64,000 nucleotides of DNA. It comes from Cirrosporium novae-zelandiae (lineage: Eukaryota). The stretch spans positions 496,001 through 560,000 of the forward strand of contig JAPETS010000021.1 in NCBI GenBank assembly GCA_026023565.1, written 5' to 3'. Each line of letters begins with the position of its first letter. Position 1 is the first letter of the stretch. Positions 24,730 to 35,981 of this stretch are shown here, one piece after another. The notes beneath the pieces were generated by a model, which was given only the letters and a program-made list of their open reading frames with translations, ran no database searches and was not told the origin of the DNA. Both the position numbers and the translations under genes were made by a program.

Positions 24730-25753
24730 CAATAGCAATATTCTTTGGACTAAAAAAGAAGTTTACACGAGCTCAGGTAGCTCGTTTCAACCTATCTAGG
24801 TACCTTGTATCAACCCCCCATTATTATTATTGTTATTATTATTGTTTCCGTGATGACTTATTGCTAAAATATTCCATCCCATACCATTATTTCCATAGCC
24901 CTCCAAAGTACTTGTACCATACCATACTTCATTTTATGTCCATCATCACATGCTGCTTTTCTGTTTCCTTGTAATTCTGTTCTAGACCTTGATTTAATCC
25001 TCATTTTCCTTGCCAATAATATCCAAAGAAGCTTCTCGACTTGTTTACTCGCCCGAGTCATGTCTTTCTCTCTTGCTTAGCATTCAATTTGGTTTCGCGG
25101 ATGTCTACCGGAAACCTAATGACAACCTCCCTTGCGGGTTCTTGAGAAAAGTGTGCACCATCTGCTGACCTCTTGTGTAAGAGGTCCATCAAAAGAGCTT
25201 AGGTTGTATTTCCAAGCAATTCTATCCCCAGTACTATCCTTTTACATTGCCTAAATTCTGCTGCATTCATCAAGTCCACATTATAGGAAACTCATCTATT
25301 GGGCCATGAGGGAACGTATCGTCTGATTCTTCAAGAGGTTGGCCCAACTGTGAGCCAGGGATCCTAGCGCCCCATGCAAATGCTCGTCGCTGTATACATC
25401 TCAGTAACCTAATAGAAAATGAGCCCATATTGTCATGACGATCAATCCCAGTATGGGTCAAGTTTGACGGATGAAACGGGTAACCGAGAAAATGAGTCCT
25501 TTCACTTATGGATCCCATAGACGATGTCATGCTTAGGAATATCCGTACCCTCCATCAATGAGCGCATTTGCATTCCGCCCCAGCGTCCTTTCGAATAAAT
25601 ACTACTCTTATCTCCATTTCACATCGTGGTTCTTTCTTCGTCTTTCCTCACAGAATCGGCCTCGTTCTATCGTCTTTTGACCAGCCGGCTCTTACGCCTG
25701 TCTCCAACGACTTTGCTGTACTTCAACCACCATTCATATATCTACTAGCAAAA

Positions 25754-26924
25754 ATGGGTAATCAAGCATTGTCAATTAATGGTTTCACCAACTCTGGTGG
25801 GACAACTAATAATCATCTTACGGTTGAGGGTTCCGATTGGTATTGGACAGTCGCCTCTGTCATGGGATTGGCAACTCTTATCTTTCTAGGATTATCTTTT
25901 ACCAAGCCTCGCCCTAATAGGCTATTCCACTATATAACGGTACGCTCAAACTCCTGAATCAAAGTGAATTTGCTTATCAAAACATTAGGGTTCTATCACA
26001 CTAATTGCTGCAATTGCATACTTCACCATGGCATCTAATTTGGGCTGTTAGTAATCCCGAGGTATGGGGAAATGACATATATTAACTGAGCTGCAGGGAC
26101 TCCTATTCACGTTGAATTCACGAGAAGCAGTCATTTGGTTTCTGGGGACTATCGCCAGATATTCTATGTCCGGTATATCGACTGGTAAGCTTTAACAACT
26201 GCACGGGGTTGAAACTTAAGGGTTGACAAATGAAAGGTTTATTACCACCCCTCTCATACTCCTCGATATCCTTTTGACTGCTGCACTCCCTTGGTCAACA
26301 GTCCTCTTCGTGATCTTGATGGATTGGGTTATGGTAATATGTGCATTGATTGGAGCTCTCGTGAAGTCCACCTATAAATGGTTTGTTACCTATCCACCAA
26401 CGCTCCAGATCAGCATTAACCTAGACTTAGGGGATATTTCACCTTTGCTTGTGCAGCCTTCTTTATTGTTGCGTGGCATGTGGTTTGGGTTGGTCGAAAT
26501 CACGCCAAGTATCTTGGATCGGATGTTCATAAAGCCTATGTCATTTGCGGATTTTGGACAATATTCCTGGTGAATATCAATTTTGCTTCTGATTTCCAAT
26601 ATAATGCTGATAATTATACAGTGGTTCTTGTATCCAATTTCTTGGGGTGTCAGCGAAGGCGGCAATGTGATTTCTTCAGATGGCGAGGCTATATTTTATG
26701 GTATTCTTGACCTTCTCACAAAGCCCGTTTTCGGTGCTTTGTTGCTCTGGGCACATCGGGGAATTGACCCAGCCCGCCTCGGCATTCACATTCGGGACTA
26801 CGATGAGCCAATTGTTAGGACAGCCGCCGCCACAAGCGAGAAGCACACGAATGGAGCTGGCCTTACCAATGGCCAGGGTAACGAAGCTACAACAGGTGCC
26901 GCAACAGGATCCGAGGCTGTCTAA
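25754..26924 (+). CDS. carO: Microbial (type I) rhodopsin, CarO-like; 6 exons
   Basis: GSDWYWTV (helix A), IAYFTMASNLGW (B), RQIFYVRYIDWFITTPLILLD (C; D-T-D), WFLYPISWGVSEGGNVI (F), FYGILDLLTKPVFG (G; retinal-binding Lys codon at 26721-26723). Confidence 0.93.
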
Positions 26925-27584
26925 GGGATGAACTTAATTTCAACCTATAGCTTAATTGCTAGATGGAAACACCGGAAAGTCGTCCGAGGACAATAAGAAT
27001 GAAGTGCTAGGAAGGATCTGCAGAACATTTGCAGAAGTTGATGTTCATGATTTTATTCACGATCGTTACGGGTATACCCAGAGGTGTTTAGGTTAGGCAT
27101 TGTAAAAGTTTGAACCACTTCAGTTGGCGGAGTGTTAATAGATGCCTTGGTATATTTCGTTTTTTGAGAGAATGAAAATTACATCATGTTAAAATGGAAA
27201 ACCTTGTGCTGTTGAAAGTGTTATAATTGGTAGGTGAATATCTAACGTGAGAGCCGATGACGTAGGTACCCGCTTTCCCCAGATCATCATCTCGTGGACT
27301 TTAAGCTTCCAGATTTCCTTGGCAACTTCCCAAGGTTCACCTAGTTACTTTCTATAAACTTGAATTTTTTTTATCAGGAGAGCTCTACTAAATGTAGAAT
27401 TCATACCTGCACAGTACTATGCTCAACTCTTGCATTACCAAATTTTTCGCAACTCGAGACATGGGATGAGACCGGAGCATAAGCTTTTTCCTGCAGCTTC
27501 TCAGTCTTCTTTGTCACCTGCAAGACATCAATCTCACTCGGAAACGGCGACCCCTTCTGTCCGATAAAGATCTAGCGCTTTAGG

Positions 27585-29897
27585 ATGAATGACCCTGGAC
27601 TTGACGAGCCCATTCAAGATGGCGCCGAAACAATGGATCGCTACGGCCGGTCAACGAGAAATGAGGCCGAGGAAGAGCAACACTCTGCGGAAGAAGAAGA
27701 GCAAGCTTTTCTAGAGCCGAGTCGCTGGTGGTTCGCGAGCACTGCTTTCCCCTTAGTAGCGGTTTGTAGCATTCGCCGTGGGAGTTGTGAAGATATCAGA
27801 CTGACGACCATGCTTAGGGAACGTTCGGTCCTATGGCGAGCGCGTTTAGTATATGCGCGCTGGTCCAAAATTGGAGAGTCAAAATTCCTCCAGGGGGAGT
27901 AGAAGAACATGGAATTGACATTAAGGATCCTAAATGGTTAGTCTCTAGACTCTACCCTCAAAGGCATCCAATATCATTTTCCAATTCATTGTCTACGGAC
28001 AATCCTTATCTTCTTCCTATTCCTGCTGTCTGTGTTTTCTCGCTGATAATGACTGTCCTATAGGCTGATTATTGTCAATGCGATATCACTCGCTTTCGCA
28101 CTCCTGGCTAACATGTCTCTCCTTCTGAACATGGCTCGTCGGCTTTCTTTCCCGATTGCACAACCATGTACTATCATTGGCTGGTATTTAGCTTCATTCA
28201 TGCTTATTGCACTTGTCAGCATCGCCTCCCATCATTTACACGCCCCAGGAGTTCAGAATCAGGCGCTTAGCCAGGCATATTATTATGCTATTATAGCAGC
28301 TAGCCTTTACTTCATAATATCGTCATTGATGGCTGTCACGGTATATGGCGCTTCGAAAGGACATTACGAGAAGGAATTCAAGTTGACAATAAGCCAGCGT
28401 ACGCTAATGCTGCAAACAATATCTTTCATGGTCTATCTCCTCGCAGGTGCAGCAGTGTACTCGCACATCGAGCAATGGCAATTCCTCGACGCGGTATATT
28501 GGGCCGATTGTACCCTCTTAACTGTGGGTATCGGTGACTATTCTCCACGAACCCATCTCGGACGGGGTCTGCTCTTCCCATTTGCAATTGGCGGTATCGT
28601 TATTCTTGGTTTAGTTGTGGGAAGCATTCGGTCTCTTGTGCTAGAAAGAGGAAAGGATAAATTGGGAGCTCGGATGACAGAGAAGAAACGTCGCGCAGTA
28701 CTTAGACGGCTGCGTGATAGTGGAAAAATAAGATTATCTCCCATCTCTAATCCCTATGAACCCGCTGTCACCTCAAATGGGCAGTCGGAAAAAGTTCGGC
28801 GCCAACAAGAATTTGAGCTCATGCGACAAATTCAAAGCAAAGCCTCCATGGAGCGAAAATGGGTGTCATTACTCATATCTTCATCTGCTGCAATGGTGCT
28901 CTGGTTTGTTGGTGCAGTGGTTTTCTGGAAGGCTGAACGAAATCAAATGTGGTCCTATTTTGAAGCATTATACTTCGCATACACTAGCCTACTCACTATT
29001 GGGTATGGTGACTTTTACCCAATGAGCAATAGTGGAAGACCATTCTTTGTCTTCTGGTCTCTTTTAGCGGTGCCTACACTTACCATATTGATAAGCAATA
29101 TGGGTGACACTATTATTATAGGAATCAGAGATTTAACCATCTCGGTGGGAGAATTTACTGTACTTCCAGGCGAAATGGGAGTTCGTCAGCGCCTTCGGTC
29201 TACCATTTCCAAAGTCATTCATGATGAGGAGTCGTCCGTCTCCGATGAGCCTCCTCCTGGCTTTTCGGGACAAGCTACGGTGCGCAATGGCATAAGTGAG
29301 ACTGACGAAAATCAAGCTGTTGAGAGGTTCACCACCCAGGATGAGGAAGTGGAGCTGAACGACATAAGAGTCGCCAGGTCGTGTGGAGACAAACTAGCAG
29401 AGAATGAACATATATATCATTTCTTATTGATACGAGAGATACGAAATGTGATGGGTCATCTGAACTCTTCACCTCCAAAACAATATACGTACGATGAATG
29501 GGCGTGGTTCTTGAAATTGAGTGGAGAGGATGAAAATTCGCCTCGGTCACATCGTACTGCCCCCATCAAGGTACATGAGAGGGATGAAAATATATTGGGT
29601 ACGGAGACAGGGTATTCTAGGCGCGAAGAGGACGGGATTCGAGACAAGGGAAAGGAACATCGAATGCACAAATGGAGTTGGCTTGAGAATCGGAGTCCGT
29701 TAATGGGAGAGAAGTTGGAAGCAGAGTGGGTTCTCGAAAGGCTAAGTGACACATTGGAAAGAGCATTGAGAAAGCAGAGGGATAGATATACCGAGCAGGG
29801 GAAAAGAGTGATGTCGGAGGAGAAATACGACCCGCCAGCCGCAAGTGGCAGTGGTAAAATTTTAGAACTTAGGACTAATGATGCTAATGGAAGCTGA
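27585..29897 (+). CDS. TOK1: TOK-family two-pore-domain outward-rectifying K+ channel; 3 exons
   Basis: WWFASTAFPLVA|GTFGPMASAFSICAL N-terminal TM block, QRTLMLQT, pore 1 TLLTVGIGDYSP and pore 2 SLLTIGYGDFYP. Confidence 0.92.
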
Positions 29898-30783
29898 GCT
29901 TAATTATCATTGTATAACAACTTATTTCCCTCCCACTTGAATCGCTAAGCCGTTAGAAGATGATGACCAATTATAAAAATCCAACATACATTGAGCTTGC
30001 AGCATCCCATCCTCCCAAATTTCCAAAGATGAATTATATTCCATTGAAGATACGAGGCCTTGAAGTTGAAATAGAGAAGATATGGTTCGAAGCATGCCTG
30101 GCCACCATAAAGTACTAGATACGTACTTATCCACCACATTGCCACCCACCACGTTAAGAAATTTCATACAATTTCTGGTTGATTTATATTGAGGAGGCCT
30201 TCAGGTAAAATGGGCAGCTGATTGATTCGTTTGCAGACTAGATCAAATTGCGAAGTTTGTGATGAATTTCCCGCCTTCCCCTCTCGTTCATTCACCAAAG
30301 CTTTCATGGCCTGATGACCTCTCTAAATATGTACCGTCTTTCGTCATCGTGTGCTAATACCCTACTTTCTTTTCCTTATTCCTGTTAACAAGGAAATATA
30401 CTCCTTTTCTGACTCATGGTTTGATTTGTCTACTCGCATCCTTGTCGACCTTTTCTTTGCATAACTTTTCTGTAACAGTGTTCAAATTTTAGCCTCAAAG
30501 GGGGTTACTGACCTGGACTTCTATCTTCTTGCTTGAATACCAGCTACATCTCTTATGTAACTGTTCCTAACGATCACTGCTTGACCTCTGACGATCATGA
30601 CCCGACTACGAAATAGATGATTAGACCAAGAGAAGAAACTAACAGGAAAGTCTAGACTATCGATCGATCATTGACTTTGTTTCCCGTTCTTATCAAATCC
30701 TCTTCAGATCCCATCAACTATCGGCTCAAATCCAGGCCTATTGCATTGTCCCTAGTCATTGTGGGTACTGACGATCCATCAAA

Positions 30784-32409
30784 ATGACCCTTACTCTCAA
30801 TCCGCTTCTCCTCTCTATAGTTGTGACAGGATCAATTCTCCTCGTCTGCCTTGGCCTCGTCATGTACATTTGGTATAGCCGTCGGCGTCGCAAATGTCAA
30901 CAAGAGGATATAGATCTTGAGCGAAGTAATGGTATTGAAAGACCTCAAGAGGCAGGTTGTATAGAGCAGAGGGCCGCCATAACAAGAAAACCGCAGGCCG
31001 CACAACACATGAGCCCAGTGACTGCTAGTTCATGGTACAGCCAACCTAGCCAGCGCTACTCGATCGATATGAAATCGTGGCAGAGTGGAAGAAAAATGGA
31101 GGCACATCTCAAGCAACCAAGTTTGCGAAGCATGATGGAGGGCTATGGTCCTGGAGATAAAATCAAAACAAAGCCACCTCCCACATTTCTAGGAGCAAAC
31201 CATGCCGGTTTCACGTGGTGCGGGGAGCCAGAGAGCACATGGCCCGCAGGAATCATAGACGCCCGTGCAGTGATGGTGGCGAAACCCGACCGTATACATG
31301 AGCCTTTAGCTCCCAAAGTATTACTACCGGAAATCAATCGAGGTCTGGATCTGGCTGATACAGCGAATATTCGAGATGATTGGGGTGGTCTTTTGGGACC
31401 ATCAATCTCCGAAATGATAGTTGAACATTCCCGGTCGCATAACGAAAGTGAGAAATACCCTAACACAATACATCATAAGAAAGACCAGTTATCACATTCC
31501 TTGAGACCCTTATCAGCTTTCTCGCCGTGGGCTCCTAAAGCTTCTGATGACAGTAGAGGTATAAATATCTCTAATCATGCACTGCTAAGTTCTGACATGC
31601 GAGAAAAAGATATCGATAACAATGGTCCATCTGAGGGAACATGGTTCCACAGCAGCCGCAATCGTACAGGGCCTATGAAATCGCTATGCAACCTTGTAGA
31701 TCGCTTTGAGAGAGAGATTGGTGGATCGAGCGGGTTTATTTTAGATAGGGATAGGCCAATTCATACTGACAGAGAGCAGCATAGGCGAGGGGCTAGAAAC
31801 AGACAGCCTCGAAATAGCATTATGGAGCTAACACCAGAGGAATACCGTTCTCCGTTTCTAGAGCACCAGAAACAATTCCTGATACATCCAATGTCGAAAG
31901 CCACTCGCCGGGTTGTAAGTGAGCCAATTGATCACCGTGGCCTCAAACCAAAGCCACTTCGTGTTAGGAATACGTCTTCACCTATCCCAAGGGGAATTAC
32001 TATGCTTCCATATAGCCTACCGACTACGGTGAATGAGCAGGTCCCCGGAGACGAAGACAGATCAGAAAAACCAGATATACACAGTCTCCCTTACCCTAAG
32101 GATGTTTATCTATTTCCTAACGAGAGTTCCGAGAAGATTCCATCCGGACGGCCTTCGTCCACGACCCTTCCCTCAGACTATATCCTCCCAGCGACAAGAT
32201 ACGAACCACCCCCAAGAAATCGACATCCAAAGCTTCTTCCTCCCCTCAAGTTGGTGACACGTGAAACAGCAGCGAGAAACATGGTTATGAAATTGAGAGA
32301 AAGGACAGATGCAAGGAAGATGATGGCAGAAACGGGACGGCGATACGTCAAGGGAAACAAGGAGGAAGGGGAGCTTGGAATGGTTGTGGGAATGGGGGGA
32401 TGGATTTGA
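30784..32409 (+). CDS. Hypothetical single-pass membrane protein with long disordered tail
   Basis: 541-aa intronless ORF. An N-terminal hydrophobic segment is followed by SRRRRK; the remainder is P/S/R-rich. Confidence 0.7.
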   Translation: MTLTLNPLLLSIVVTGSILLVCLGLVMYIWYSRRRRKCQQEDIDLERSNGIERPQEAGCIEQRAAITRKPQAAQHMSPVTASSWYSQPSQRYSIDMKSWQSGRKMEAHLKQPSLRSMMEGYGPGDKIKTKPPPTFLGANHAGFTWCGEPESTWPAGIIDARAVMVAKPDRIHEPLAPKVLLPEINRGLDLADTANIRDDWGGLLGPSISEMIVEHSRSHNESEKYPNTIHHKKDQLSHSLRPLSAFSPWAPKASDDSRGINISNHALLSSDMREKDIDNNGPSEGTWFHSSRNRTGPMKSLCNLVDRFEREIGGSSGFILDRDRPIHTDREQHRRGARNRQPRNSIMELTPEEYRSPFLEHQKQFLIHPMSKATRRVVSEPIDHRGLKPKPLRVRNTSSPIPRGITMLPYSLPTTVNEQVPGDEDRSEKPDIHSLPYPKDVYLFPNESSEKIPSGRPSSTTLPSDYILPATRYEPPPRNRHPKLLPPLKLVTRETAARNMVMKLRERTDARKMMAETGRRYVKGNKEEGELGMVVGMGGWI

Positions 32410-33330
32410 AGGCGTTCCAAGGGGTGATATGGGGCAGATGTGAAGCGTGCATGAGAAAGGAGTTGTAGGAGTACTGTAATGTGAATAATTTAGGGAAATG
32501 GGCATGAGGTCATTTGATTGCATTACATTTTTATTTCCTGTGGGATTCATTTTCAACTTTGGCATTTCATCCTACAGCGGTGTAAGTTCTGTGATATGGT
32601 GTTTGTCGATGCTATTTGCTATTAGCTTCTATGTCGGGGTTTGACGCTTGCGTGAGAAATGGAATATTATTACGTGCCATCCCACTGTCGTCGTCATATT
32701 ATTAATTAGTCTGCGTATTACTGTGGTCCAAGTACTTAGTATAAATTAAAGATTAGTGTTTGAGGCAAGCTTTTTTTAGCCCTAAGTCGGCTTCTCGGTG
32801 TGCCGTTATCCGTTTTTTTTATTTCCGCATTCCCACTTAACACCGAACCACACTTTTTTGAAACCAGATATCTTTATTTTTACAGCATTTTTTACTGCTT
32901 TGATGGTTTTAACTTCATAAAGCGACTGGACAATCTGTTGAGCGGAACAATGCCTTAAGAGAATCTTGCAGTAGCGCTTGGACTTATGTCCGAAGGTTGC
33001 AGTAGTTCATATTTGAACTCTCAAAAAATATCCTTCATCGGGCAGCCTGTTGACCTCGTTAGCCCATTGCAGATGCCGAACAACCGAACTCGGCCTATGG
33101 AAATGTCATTGACCTTTGTAGATTCCCTGCATTCTCTCAACCACTGCCTAATATGGCAAGGCTTGCATTTGTTCTTATTTATCTTATTTATTCTCTCTGT
33201 TCTCCCATTGTTTCATTGCTAAATTCATCACTTACTCATATTTCGGCGTTGGAGCGAAATATACATATATATTAACGCTCTGGTAACGATAAGACGTATT
33301 CTTTTAGTTGTCCTCAATCAAATCGGGGGA

Positions 33331-35210
33331 ATGTCAAACGAACAAGAAATATCTCGAACGACGTCACAGCGGTCCGCACAGCAGGATGGACAGAGTCTCC
33401 ATCGCATGTACTCTGGTCAATATCTCGATGATCAATCAGTTTATATAGGGCAATTAGACCCCGACGAAACCGATAGCCAGCATGGTTCAGATATATCTGA
33501 AGACCTCCGGGAAAAGGATGACGAGGAAGCAGTAGAGGAAGGCCAAGATAAGATATTTGAAGTTCGAGATGGAATTCCAAATGAGCGTGACCTGGAAGCA
33601 CAACCAAAGTTGGAAAAAAGTCGGTCTTCAAAATCGGCCCGGGATCCAAACATAGTGAGTGCTCCTGGGGTCGACTAAGAGTCCTATCTAATTAATTGTG
33701 CTATTTTATAGATAACCTGGGACGGTCCAGATGATCCCGCTTCGCCCAAAAACTGGTCCTTCAAACAAAAATGGGCGGCCACGTTTGTTGTCAGCTCCTT
33801 TACATTCATATCCCCGGTCTCTTCTTCAATGGTAGCACCTGCATTGACAAGCCTGGCTCAAGATTTAAATATCACCAGCGAGGTCGAGGTCCAGCTTACA
33901 CTATCTATATTCGTATTGGGGTTTGCCATAGGACCATTGATTTTGGGCCCCTTTAGCGAGATTTATGGAAGAATCCCGATCCTCCAGCTGGCAAACCTAT
34001 TTTTCCTTGTTTTTAATATTGCTTGTGGAGTGTGTACATCTAAGGGTCAGTTGCTTGCATTTAGATTCTTGGCTGGGTTGGGAGGAAGCGCTCCCCTTGC
34101 CGTACGTCGCCTATATTCTGAAGCTGGCATAAAGTGGTATTGACATGTTCTAGATCGGTGGCGGTGTTTTGAGTGACTGCTGGCGCCCAGAGCAGAGAGG
34201 TAAAGCCGTAAGTCTCTATAGTCTTGCACCTCTTCTCGGTCCTGCAGTTGGTCCAATAGGTATGTTATTTCTCTTCATGTATCGGCCTATGCTAAAATTA
34301 TGTAGCTGGCGGATTCATTGCAGAAAAAACCACATGGCGTTGGGTATTCTACTCAACTTCCATCGTCGACGGTATCATACAAGCCTTTGGCCTTCTCTTC
34401 CTTCGGGAAACCTACGCACCCAAGCTGCTCCAAAACAAAGTTCTCAAACTCCGGAAAGAAACAGGAAACATGAATTTCAGAACTGAATTTGATCATCCTG
34501 ACCGTAAATTATCAACCACCCTCAAACACGCCCTTGTTCGGCCCTTCAGACTTCTGGCAACACAGCCTATTGTTCAATTCTTAGCCGTGTATATGGCATA
34601 CACCTACGGCATCATGTATCTCGTACTCTCGACATTTCCTACTCTCTGGACGGTTCACTACCATGAAAGCACAGGCATTGGAGGCCTTAATTATATTTCC
34701 CTAGGCCTGGGGTTTTTCCTCGGTGCTCAGATCTGCGCGCACGTTAATGATATAATCTACCGGCGTCTTAAACAACGATATAATGGTATAGGAAGACCAG
34801 AGTTTCGCGTGCCCATGCTTATTCCCGCAGCTATCTGTACGCCTGTTGGCCTCTTTATATATGGTTGGTCTGCACAAGCGCGTACGCATTGGATTGTGCC
34901 TAACATTGGAGCTCTACTCTTCTCGGCAGGAACAATTATGACATTCCAGTGCATTCAAACCTATCTAGTGGACTCGTACGCCAGGTTTGCGGCCAGTGCC
35001 GTCGGAGCAGGAACAGTACTAAGGAGTTTGGCCGGATTTGGATTCCCTCTGTTTGCGCCGTACATGTATCAGAGTCTAAAGTATGGATGGGGGAACAGTG
35101 TACTGGCGTTTGTGAGCATTGGGCTAGGGATACCGGCACCCTTCATTCTCTGGAAGTATGGGGAAGTGTTGAGAAAGAGAAGTACATTTGCTGCAGGAGG
35201 AGATAAATAG
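33331..35210 (+). CDS. MFS drug:H+ antiporter (DHA1 family); 4 exons
   Basis: ITWDGPDDPASPKNWS, GPLILGPFSEIYGR, FRFLAGLGGSAPL, APLLGPAVGP, LRETYAP, PEFRVP and YLVDSY motifs. Confidence 0.92.
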
Positions 35211-35981
35211 ATGTATAGACACAACGGAGATAATAATAGTTATAATAATCAATTATTGATAAAGGCTTTCCTGTCCCATTTAATAAGATTAGCATGATAT
35301 AGATATGTTGTAAGCATCTGAAATAGGAGAAAAGGACAGATAATAAAAGTCTCAATTCATCAACCCGGATACGATGGCTAGATGGAGTGGCGGTAAGATT
35401 GTCTTCGAATTTGATGATATATTGAAAACCTGACGCGAAAAGTAAATGGTTGAAACGCGTGACGTTGGCTGATGTTTTGTGACGCGACTAAGATCATGTC
35501 AGAGAAAGAATGGACGTGGAAGGTCGGAAGGGGTGGATTGGTGGTCCAAGCTTCTAAATGATGAGGCTCTCGTAGTCTTCACTGTAACAGCTGAAAGAAC
35601 TTCACCAATCTTTTTTTTACAATTTCTGAGATATCATCTATCATAAGTTTCCAATAAACCGGTCGAGCCACCGCTAGTTGTTTTGGTTCGTTAAATTCAT
35701 CGAATCAATGGCGATAATTTACACCCTTTCATCTGCAGGTGGTTGGGGGTTTCACCAATCGAAGGCTGCCAAACAATCAGCCCTCCTGCCACCGAAAATT
35801 CTACCAGCCTCCCATATATCTTCAACCCATACTTCTTCATCAGGGACCTTCAACATGCAGGCTTTCGGCATAATTAATACCAAGCAATATTGTACCTTTT
35901 CCCTGCTACACGACCTCACGACCCCCATTCCTTGGAAAACAACCTGCATTGAATGCCCTTGACGAATTCCAGACGATCGTG

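Noticed and set aside
24603..24974. 123-aa poly-Q ORF between carB and the opsin
   Set aside because: It derives from CAR and TAT microsatellites, has no coherent protein features, and is probably non-coding.
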